A DNA stretch of 64,000 nucleotides from Hypanus sabinus (taxonomy: Eukaryota): NCBI RefSeq assembly GCF_030144855.1, contig NC_082715.1:135160001-135224000 (forward strand), given 5' to 3'. The position numbers and the translations under genes are program-made. The notes beneath the pieces were generated by a model. The model did no database searches. It was not told where the DNA came from and saw only the letters and a list, made by a program, of their open reading frames with translations. Shown here piece by piece: positions 12,041-21,539 of this stretch (position 1 is its first letter; the number at the start of each line of letters is the position of its first letter).

Positions 12041-13013
12041 TTACACTGGTTACCACTACATTTAGGCTCTGGTGTAGTTTCCGTCACTAGAGGCTGTGGG
12101 GTAGAGATTTTTCAAAGTTTTAAAAACCTGGAAAGGGCTTGGGCCCTGACAGCAACTCTTTCCCATCTCCTTTAGGGCATTCTCCATTCTACTCTCCTGT
12201 GGACAGTTTATAATGAGAGAAGCAACCTTTGCGAAATGCTTGGAATGGCCAGCCCAGTCGACATACCTCTTGTATAGATCACTACTACACTCAATATTCA
12301 CTTGAGTGTGATCCCACAGAACTGTAATCTTACTGTGGCCATCATTACCTGAAGGCTACTGAGTAATTGCACCTAAAGACCGGCATATGATTATCCCCTC
12401 TGGGATACTGAATAATGCCACCTCTAGAATTTTATTGCATAGGAATTGTAGCTTTGTACCTTTTGTCAAGCCATCTACCCCAGTACAATACAAATTGGAG
12501 TCCTCCATTTCTCCTTTGTTAGTCCACATTACCCAATTCCATTGAGTAGATTTGTTTTTGTTCACTGAGTGTTCTCCAAGCAATGACCTCACCATTGATA
12601 TGTTTGTGTAATAGCTCTGAAGCAAGACTGACCATGGCCCCAGTCAGGGTTAATTCCATTGCAACAAGATACATTATTCTCTCCAAGTTGAATTAAATCT
12701 GTATTACACAACAGTAATTACTGTTCTTATTTCAAGTTTAAATCTTAAGTTATTTTAAGTCTATATTTTCGATTTGTTTTTCTAGACCATCCAATCTGGA
12801 CTCGCAATTGTCTTTGGACTGAAGGCACCCAACGTGATTTCAGGATAGGAGAGATAAGCACTAGCATATTTTCCTTTTCCTTTTTTTTTTGACAAAAATC
12901 CCCAAGTTCTCAGGATGAGGGAACTGAAAATTACCCCTTGCTGGGATCTGTCCCCATCTTCTTGGAAAAGTTTTTCCATCCTCCCAAATCAGGGCTACAT
13001 CAATTGTTCTGTG

Positions 13014-14120
13014 TCAATGGTGATAACATTCCTGTTTCTCCCCCAGCAATTTCAGTTGGTTGGCATGGTACCACCCACTTTTATATGGAAGAGTCAGTAC
13101 TTTGTACACTGAATGACTTGCTTTGTCTATAACTTCATAGAGCCCTGCAAATCTTGGATTTAAAAATGAGGTGGGTTGGTGTATTTGAAACATCACTCTC
13201 CATCTTGGGCTTAATTCTATGAGACTGACTTTTGAGTCACAGTAGGCTTCACTTTGTTGATTCTTCATTTTTCTATTTGGTGGGCTGCCACATAATTGGC
13301 CTCTTTCACTGTCTCTACCAATTGTTGTAGCCACTTTTCCGACACAATCCCATCAATTTCACATTCTGACATCTAATCCTAACAAATCCTCCAATCCTTT
13401 CATATCCCTTCTAGTCATGAGCTTATAAGGGGTGTAACCTGTTGAAGATGGCTCTCTATTCCTTATTAACATCAGGGCATAAGGCAAAACTACCTGCCAT
13501 GTTTCTGCACCATTTTTGCAACATATTTTTTAGTGTTCAACTCATTCTTTTCACAATTCCACTAGACTGTGGTCTACAGGGTATATGAAATCTCTGCTTG
13601 ATCCATTAAACTGCCATGACATCTTGCATTATCTGGGCTGTGAAATGTATGCCTTGATCCCCAGCAAGTGAATATCCTTCCAATAGGATTTTTACAAAGG
13701 CCTTTGCTGGCTTGTCCTAGCTAGGAAACCTTCCACCCACTCCGTAAAGGTCTCTACTATTACCAGAATGTATTTGTACCCTCCTGGGGTGGGGAGTAAT
13801 GAACCAACATTAATCTATCTGCAAATTAGTGCAAGACCCTTCCACTGGTCTGGTGTGTTGTAGGGCTCCTTTCTTTACCTTTCTGTCTGGTTTATATGGT
13901 GCAGAGATCAAGCATTTCTTGACATCCTTCATCTTAGGCTACCAGCACACTTCCTTTATCTTTTCCAGAGTGCTTTTGCACCCCTGGTGTCCCCATAGAT
14001 GATACAGGACTACTTCATCTTTAACAAACACTCCCTTGTTGCCTTTGTATATTTCAGACCCTGCTCCTTCTATTCATTTTTTGAAATCTTTATTTTTCTT
14101 CTGCTCCTTGGTTAAATCCA
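13014..14120 (-). pseudogene. Integrase remnant of ERV-like copy 1
   Basis: CLIS/QID.VG...DQG.HF...PQSSGIV.RMN.TLK...TGYTPY motifs and a C-terminal PRFAGLYEV (GPY/F-like) module; frameshifted. Confidence 0.85.
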
Positions 14121-14232
14121 TAATCTGTTGTTCCTTCTCCCTCCCAATCTCACTGATGTAAAGTGTTGCCATTGCCAGGGTGACAGTCATAGTTCCTCAG
14201 CATAATTTAAAAATCCCTAATTATCAAAACGG

Positions 14233-14940
14233 TCACCTAGTAGCTTCATCTGCAAAATCATACCAATCAATATCTCCAAATTCACCTTCCTCCCCTCTTT
14301 CATATCCAAAAGCATATATTATTCCTCGCTGTGCAGCAAGTTGGTCCTGCAGCTTTTGTATCTGCTTTAAACACTTTGCATGATCGCCAGTGTTACTCTG
14401 CCTTTCCTGTGCTGATTCCTGAATCATATGCATTGCCATCTTTAAATCACTGCACTGTTTCCTTAATCCTTCCACTTTTTTGCTATCTTGGCTGCTTTCT
14501 CTTGTTTACATTATTCTTGAAGTAATTTCTCACACTTCAGCTGAAACTGGTTCACCTGCATCAAGCCCATACTCCTTTAACCCTGTAAATCAGTAACCCT
14601 CTCAAGCTTTCTACCTCCTTTTGTATTCTCCGTTTAACCTACCTCAGTCAGCTTCTGCTTTATGCCGATTTTCTAATATTTCTAGTTGTAACCTATCTCA
14701 CTTACTTTATGCTAACATTTGTTTTCCATTACTAATCTGTGTCATTCTGCCTTAGCACTCTGCGGTAATTGTAGCAAATCCTCAATTAAATAACCAACTG
14801 TAACTAGTTTTAGCAATTCTTTAAACAATTCTCTTGAACTTAAACAATTCCGGCAGCTTCCCTTAAGTGATTTTCCAAAGGGTATGCCCTGTAGTTTTCC
14901 TTTCGCAGCCAGGGTGACTGACAAACCCTTCATATTGTGG
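14233..14940 (-). pseudogene. First ORF of ERV-like element (coiled-coil protein), split at its 5' end by the L1 insertion
   Basis: ORFs 14742-15014 (part) and 14233-14475 (LRKQCSDLKMAMHMIQE...CLKQIQKLQDQLAAQRG); paralog at 44539-44781. Confidence 0.55.
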
Positions 14941-14947
14941 CCACTTC

Positions 14948-17623
14948 CTTTTTTTAAATAAGATTTTTTTATTGAGTTTTCAAATAGGTTACAGAAAGAA
15001 AAAAAAATTATCAACCCTTCCCCCCTCCCTGCAGCATATCCCTATAGAAGAGAAAACAGAGAAAAGAAAAAAGAAAGAAAGAATGACTGGATATCGGATG
15101 ATCCCCACATGCTCCATGGAGTTCATAATAGCTTTAGTATATATATTTATTTATTTCCTCAAATAACCAGTAATTTTATCTTTGGAGCATCTATATACTT
15201 AATCCTATCTTTTGTAAATAAGGGTGCCAAATTTTCAGAAATATTTCATATTTATCTCTTAAATTATAAGCAATTTTTTCAAGTGGAATGCAGCTGAAAA
15301 TTTCATTCTTCCAACGATCTCTTTCTTTCAGATTAATTCTTCTCCATATATCAATCAAATGTAAATCTTTCATCAATGATAAAGTTAATTTTGCTACTTT
15401 TGCTTTTGTAACAACCGTTGTTGATCTGTCTAAAACTGGGTCTAGACAAAAGTTAAAATCTCCACCTATTAATATTTTGTCGTGTGCGTCAGCCAAATTC
15501 AAAAAGGCCTCTTGTATAAATTTTACATCATTTTCATTTGGTGCATAAATATTCATAAGAGTCCATAGTCCTGAAAAAATTTGACAATGTATAATTACAT
15601 ATCTCCCCGCTGAGTCAATTAATACATTTTGTCCTTTAATTGGTAAAAGTTTTATTAATCAAAATTGCAACTCCCCTCGCCTTTGAATTAAATGAAGCTG
15701 CAATAACATTTCCGACCCAATCTCTCTTTAATTTCTGATGTTCTATCTCTGTTAAGTGTGTTTCTTGTGAAAAAACAGCTATATCTATTTTTATTTTCTT
15801 AATGTATGTTAAAATTCTTTTTCTTTTCACCGGTCCATTAAGCCCATTAACGTTAAAACTTTAAAAATTCAGTAAATTAGTCATTATTTTTAACAGGGTT
15901 ACTCCAATCTATAATACCTAATCTTTCAACTTTCGTACTACCTTGGGGAATCTTTTTAAAATTCTCCATGTTGCTATGTGATCATCCAGGCAAAGAAAGA
16001 AAAATAAAAGAAAAATAGATCATAAAGAAAAAAGTAACAGAATACCCCCCTACTAATGTTGTGGATAAAAAAAGCACATTACCCCCCTCCGTTGTACGGG
16101 TCATGGCAATCGCCATGATTACACACGTGAATCCCATAGCAATCGATCCGAAGTTCCTCCAGCACCCCCGTAACATAAAAAGTATATATAAGAAAAGAAA
16201 AAATAATATCACTAATCTCGATTAATATTTCTCAAATTTTTACCTTTCTCCCCCTGTATCATATAATTAAGAATATATTTAAATATTCTTCTGTTCTTAA
16301 ATGTCCATCAACTCCATTCACTGTCCCTGTCTTCATCTTTAATCCATTTCACTTTTAAATCTTAGGCTGTGGTTAGCGAATATTTGGGAGTTTTTGTGCA
16401 AACTCTTCCGCATCCCGATAATCATTAAAAAATCTTCTTTTCCCATCATCCAAAAAAATTATCAGGGTTGCCGGGTGATGGATGCAATATAAATTTATAA
16501 CCATTTTCCCATAAAACTTTTTTCTCTGGATTAATTTCATTCTTTTCAAAAGGTCATAACTTATATCAGGATAGAAAAGAACTGCTTTCCCTTCTATCAT
16601 CAATGGCCTGTTTCACGTTGGGCAGCCACCTTCAGGATCTTTACTTTATCTTGATATCTTAAGCATTTTATCAAGATTGATTGTGGGTTTTGATCAACTT
16701 GAGGTTTTGGTCTTAAGGTTCTGTGAGCCCTTTCAATTTCAATTAACTGGGTTCCTTCTTCCATTTCGAAATTTTCCGGGATCCATTTTTGAAAAAAATT
16801 TATTGGATCCTCTCCCTCTATACCGTCTTTAAGTCCAACAATCTTAATATTATTTTGTCTGTTAAAATTTTCAAGCACATCCACTTTTTCCAACAACTGT
16901 TTTCTTTCTGATGTCCAGGCAGAAATATTATCTTCCATTTTATTCATTCCATCAATGATGTCACTTGTTTCTTCCAAATTTTTAATTTTCTTATCCATTT
17001 TGTCCTGTCTTTTTATCATTTTATCAAACATAGTCTTCATATTTTAAATTTTTTTATTACTTTTAATGCTTTTAATTCATGCATTATTTGCACCAAAGAT
17101 TTTCTTATGTCTCCAGAAAAACTTTCACCTCCAACCTCTTCCTGTTGTTCTTCCTTATTTTGTCTCTTCATCTTCGTCTGATTTATCCCAAAGAATCTAA
17201 ATCTACCTCAGATTCACTTTCACTTTCTGTTCTGATCGGAGCTGGGATTTGTAGTTTAAGTTGCTTGTGTTTGCGCATGCCCCTTCCTTCACGCATGCAC
17301 AATTCCTGTTGCTCTTTTTTTTGGAGACGGTTGATGTTGTCGCAGTTTCCTGTTCTGTATCGCCAGAGGTAAAATGCACTTGAGCCCACGGCTCTTTCAT
17401 GGCGGCCGGCCTTGATTCTTTTCCAACTTCTGTTGTCTTCAAGGTTGTAGTTTTCTTCTGCTTCTGTTTATAAGACATATCTTGGGACAATCCTGAGTAG
17501 TTAATATAAGTAACTTTTAGAAAGGATTTACTAACTTTTCTTCACTTAAACATTGTTTTACTGGTTTTTTACGGGAGAGCTGGATTTCCACATCTCGATC
17601 CTACGTCATCACGTGACGTCCCC
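14948..17623 (-). mobile_element. L1-clade LINE with intact 5' and 3' ends but RT domain deleted
   Basis: 13-bp TSD TTGTGGCCACTTC at 14935-14947 and 17624-17636; A-rich tail and AATAAA at ~14948-14975; 5' end GGGGACG. ORF1 remnants 16373-17490 (RQNNIKIVGL.DGIE, IEIERAHR). Endonuclease 15320-15880 (QETHL, NIYAPN, GGDFN) joined to the ORF2 C-terminus. Confidence 0.93.
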
Positions 17624-17786
17624 TTGTGGCCACTTCAACACAAATTTCTAGAGGAATCCCTTCCAATCAAAACAACCCAAGACCTTTGAGCTTGCAGATT
17701 TTCCTTGAGTTCTTCATGTGGGTTAGTAACTGCTAACTACCTATCTTCATGACCCGACTTGAACGAAGAGAAAGATTTATCCTCCA

Positions 17787-17805
17787 GCCACCCTCAGGGA
17801 TGCCA
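17787..17805 (-). promoter_or_regulatory. Primer-binding site resembling the tRNA-Asn PBS
   Basis: Minus strand TGGCATCCCTGAGGGTGGC, 4 nt after the LTR end, versus tRNA-Asn PBS TGGCGTCCCTGGGTGGGC (10/11 in the first 11 nt). Copy 2 reads TCGCATCCCTGTTGGCGGCTC at 43324-43344. Confidence 0.6.
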
Positions 17806-17809
17806 ATTT

Positions 17810-18650
17810 TATTATACGGATCTTATAATACTGAAAAGAGAGTATTTACCAAGAAGTAGCCTTTATTTTCTCAACTAAAGAACACGTGGTTCACAAACTA
17901 GCTAACTGTGTGCATATCTACTAGAATTCCCTGACCCTCCATGAACAGTCAATTGAGAGAAAAGTTATTACCCAGTAAAGGAGTCTATGCTGAACAGGTG
18001 TTCTTTGTGGTCCCAATCTCCACGTGTCTGTGGCGTCCTCCTCATCCGTGATGGTTGGTCTCTGGTTGCTGGAGAGATATCAGCATTTTTGCATTTGGAG
18101 CTCCAGATTCTTATAGTTTCCTTCATCAGTTGAACTAATGTATTTCCATCCCATTGGCTCAAGGTCACCTGACCGACTTTGGTCACCTTCTTACTGACTC
18201 TAGTGCAGGGCTACAACCAGTGTTGTTCCATGGTTAATGCCCCTCCCACCTTTGTGTGTTTGTGCCTTTCAACTCTTGACTGGTCCAAACCAGTTAAACG
18301 AGGTGACCCAAGCACTCAATTTAACGTGACTACAGATTGCTTCTTTGGTAGGACTGGAACTTTACTTAATAAATAGCTACTTGTCTGAGAATGGTCTCAG
18401 GTTCAGCAGGTCATCACTTTAAACTCCTTATGTCCAGATTCAATTGCTCTGATTAGATTATCCCCGAGCAAGTATCAGTTCAGAGTTCACAAGATGGGGG
18501 GAAACAAAGACATTTGGATTGTCTGCTACTTCTGTCCCGATTCATCTGAATCCACTGATTTGTAGACTGTTGCTCTTTTTGTCTACTTCCACTGTACCTG
18601 ATTCATTCAAATCCAATAATTTGTAGACTGTAGTCCCTTCTGGCCAACAA
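17810..18650 (-). repeat. 5' LTR of ERV-like copy 1
   Basis: Homologous to 3412-4203, adjacent to the PBS, with minus-strand AATAAA at ~17862-17867. May extend to ~18880. Confidence 0.72.
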
Positions 18651-19153
18651 GGATATTCTTTCTCAGGCAAGAGATCTGAGAGAGAAACATAACTTCTTCT
18701 TCAGTCTGTAGAAAGTCAAGCAGGAAATTCAAGGAAAACCTCTTCAGCCATGGTGGAGACTGTCCGGAACCCATCACCAAAGAGCGAGTGAGAGGTGAAC
18801 AGCAGGATGGATTTAAAAGGATTATCATGGAACAGAAACACTGAAAGGGTCTAGCTGGACTGAGCTGACTGTCTATTGTACATGGGGTGAGTTGTAAATT
18901 CATTAAGTACCTGAGGCAAAGTTTAAAATACAAATGATTTATTAAGAACGGATCCAGAAAATTAATTTCCACTCCCATTAAAGGATTAAATGTGAACATC
19001 AGCAGAAGAAATTCCTCTCAGTTCCAGAGGCCAGGATGTAGAACTGGATGTGATAAGCAGCAGCAAAAATTACTGGAGTTCAACACCAACAGTCTCTTTT
19101 GAATTCGTCTCTGGATTCAGCAAATTTGGTTAAATATCCAGCATGAGGCATAT

Positions 19154-20590
19154 TTAAATTGTGTCCTCACTGTGAACTCGGTAGTGTTTCGTAAGTTCGG
19201 ATGTACGACTGAATCGCTTCCCACATTCAGAGCAGGAGAATGGCCTCTCACCAGTGTGAACTTGCAGGTGTGCCTGCAGCCTGGATGTCTGAGTGAATTG
19301 CTTACCACAGTCTGAACAGGTGAATGGTTTCTCTCCAGTGTGAACTCGCAGGTGTGCCTGGAGGGTGGATAACTGAGCGAATCCCTTCCCACAGTCTGAG
19401 CAGGTGAACGGCTTCTCCCCAGTGTGAACTCGCTGATGTATTTTCAGTTGAGATGACGAGATGCATCCTTTCCCACAATCTGAGCAGGTGAACAACCACT
19501 CTCCCGTGTGAACTGACTGGTGTGTCAGTAGGTCCGATGATTGGGAAAATCCCTTTCCACAGTCTGAGCAGGTGAAAGGTTTCTTCTCACTGTGAGTTGA
19601 TTCGTGTCTCCGTAGGTGGGATGATCGAGCAAACCCTTTCCCACACACGGAACAGGTGAATGGTCTCTCCCCAGTGTGAACTCGCTGGTGTCTGTACAGG
19701 TGAGATGACCAAGTGAATCGCTTCCCACAGTCTGAGCAGGTGAATGGCCTCTCCCCAGTGTGAATTCGCTGATGTATTTTCAGTTCAGATAACCGATAGA
19801 ATCCTTTCCCACAATCTGAACAGGAGAACAACCCCTTCCCAGAGTGAACTGACTGGTGTCTGTGAAGGGCAGATAACGAATTGAATCCTTTCCCGCAATC
19901 TGAGCAGGTGAACAACCACTCCCCAGTGTGAACTGACTGGTGTCTGAGAAAGTCAGATGACTGAGTGAATCCCTTCCCACATTCTGAACAGGTGAATGGT
20001 TTCTCCCCGGTGTGAACTGACCGATGTAAATGCAGGTGAGATTGGCTAATGAATCGCCTCCCACAGTCTGAGCAGGTGAATGGCCTCTCCCCGGTATGAA
20101 CTCGCTGATGTCTTTGTAAGTTGGATGAGAAAGAGAATCCCTTTCCACAGTCTGAGCAAGTAAATGGCATTTTCCCAGTGTGAACTGATCGGTGTGTCAG
20201 TAGGTGATATGGGTGAGTGAATCTCTTCCCACAATCTGAGCAGATGAATGGTTTCTCCCCAGTGTGAACTCGCCGATGTCTTTGTAAGTTGGATGAAAAA
20301 GAGAATCCCCTTCCACAGTCTGAGCAGGTAAACGGCCTCTCCCCAGTATGAACTCGCTCATGTTCCTTCAGCTGAGATGATGAACTGAATCCCTTCCCAC
20401 AGTCTGAGCAGGTGAATGGCCTCTCCCCAGTGTGAATTCGCTGATGTCTTTGTAAGTTGGATGGGAAAGAGAATCCCTTTCCACAGTCTGAGCAGGTAAT
20501 TTGTTTCTTACTAGTGTGAACTCGTTGATGCAGCTTCAGTTGACGTGACCGTGGAAATCCCTTCCCACAGTCTGAGCAAGTAAACGGCAT
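19154..20590 (-). CDS. C2H2 zinc-finger protein, 17 tandem fingers (478 aa from first ATG), no effector domain seen
   Basis: Open frame of repeated CSDCGKGF...H...H-TGE(K/R)P units. First ATG at 20590; the track's 20767 start is a TTG. Splice acceptor at 21079-21080. Confidence 0.93.
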   Translation of the reverse strand: MPFTCSDCGKGFPRSRQLKLHQRVHTSKKQITCSDCGKGFSFPSNLQRHQRIHTGERPFTCSDCGKGFSSSSQLKEHERVHTGERPFTCSDCGRGFSFSSNLQRHRRVHTGEKPFICSDCGKRFTHPYHLLTHRSVHTGKMPFTCSDCGKGFSFSSNLQRHQRVHTGERPFTCSDCGRRFISQSHLHLHRSVHTGEKPFTCSECGKGFTQSSDFLRHQSVHTGEWLFTCSDCGKGFNSLSALHRHQSVHSGKGLFSCSDCGKGFYRLSELKIHQRIHTGERPFTCSDCGKRFTWSSHLYRHQRVHTGERPFTCSVCGKGFARSSHLRRHESTHSEKKPFTCSDCGKGFSQSSDLLTHQSVHTGEWLFTCSDCGKGCISSSQLKIHQRVHTGEKPFTCSDCGKGFAQLSTLQAHLRVHTGEKPFTCSDCGKQFTQTSRLQAHLQVHTGERPFSCSECGKRFSRTSELTKHYRVHSEDTI

Positions 20591-21539
20591 TTTCCCAGTG
20601 TGAACTGATTGGTGTGTCAGTAGGTCAGATGACTGAATGGATTCCTTCCCACATTCTGAGGTGAACAGCCTCTCTCCAAGGTGAACTGAACAGTGAGACA
20701 GTTGTTCAGATAACTGAGTGAATCCCTTCCACGTGACAGAACGAGAATGATATCTCCCTACTGTCAATTCTCTAGCAATTCATTAAGTCAGATGATTGAC
20801 GTAGTGATTCCCTTATACAATCAATGCAGTTGAAGACCTCGTGTTCTCAGCACGTCAGTTCTAGTGGATTTCACTGAGTCACAACAGAAATCTTCATCTC
20901 AGTCACAAAGCACATTCCCAGCTGGAATGTAATAGTTCTTCATCTCCAAGGATCACAATAAATATATTGGTGGTACAGAGGAAATATCTGGTCACTCCTT
21001 AAAATCCGCACAGACGCAGCAAACCTGAGGTGCTCGAGTTTGAGATTCCCGTTCACAAATTCTTCACCATTTCTAACCCTGTAAGATTTATAAAAGACAT
21101 CAGTTGAAGGACAGAATTTTAGATGTGATAATTTTAGTCCCTACGGTGACCTCTGACATCACACTGTAACTGCGAAATTCAACCCACATTGAAGGAACAC
21201 TCCTCCTCTTCTAACTAGGCGGAGATTAGTCATCTGGACTGACCATCAAATTCTCTGACTGTTTTTCTGTCCGTATCAGAATGGGCCATATCTGCCCATC
21301 TTCAACCTGTGACTTGGCTCAGTCTGCCTGCATTAGTATTATTTCAAGTTCTGGTCAAGTCCCACAGGACTACAAAGAATACATGATATTACATGGCTAA
21401 TCTGGACACTTTCTAGTTATTCTGACCCCCTCCCCCTCAAGTAATTGACAGTGGTGAACTCATCGACAGCAATGCCAATGAATATTGGAATGTAGCACTT
21501 TTGTGATGTGAAAACTACAGGTCATTTGTTACCCACAAG

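Larger units (their letters stand above)
3412..18650 (-). mobile_element. Degraded endogenous retrovirus-like element (lokiretrovirus-like), copy 1, interrupted by a Gmr1-type Gypsy and an L1
   Basis: Homologous LTR-like repeats at 3412-4203 and 17810-18650, PBS-like motif at 17787-17805, coiled-coil ORF, integrase and env-like gene with TM helix. Continuity across both insertions is shown by TSDs and by the uninterrupted copy at 43992-47420. The U3-side LTR boundary is unresolved. Confidence 0.75.

Noticed and set aside
17787-17805. tRNA gene
   Set aside because: Only a short complement of a tRNA 3' end next to an LTR (a PBS); no cloverleaf or A/B boxes.
18607-18999. 130-aa ORF conserved with 41395-41790
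   Set aside because: Spans the ZNF 3'UTR and LTR edge; the frames diverge between copies, and similarity is explained by the segmental duplication.
19117-20234. Alternative-frame ORFs overlapping the ZNF arrays (also 40508-41018)
   Set aside because: Shadow frames of the 84-bp finger repeat; no independent evidence of coding.
9760-20590. SCAN-ZNF fusion gene from Gmr1 gag and ZNF gene 1
   Set aside because: gag is downstream of the ZNF stop and poly(A) signal and is disrupted by stops.
20591-20767. 59-aa N-terminal extension of ZNF gene 1 in the ORF track
   Set aside because: Starts at TTG, consists of degenerate fingers, and the paralogous region in gene 2 has stops.
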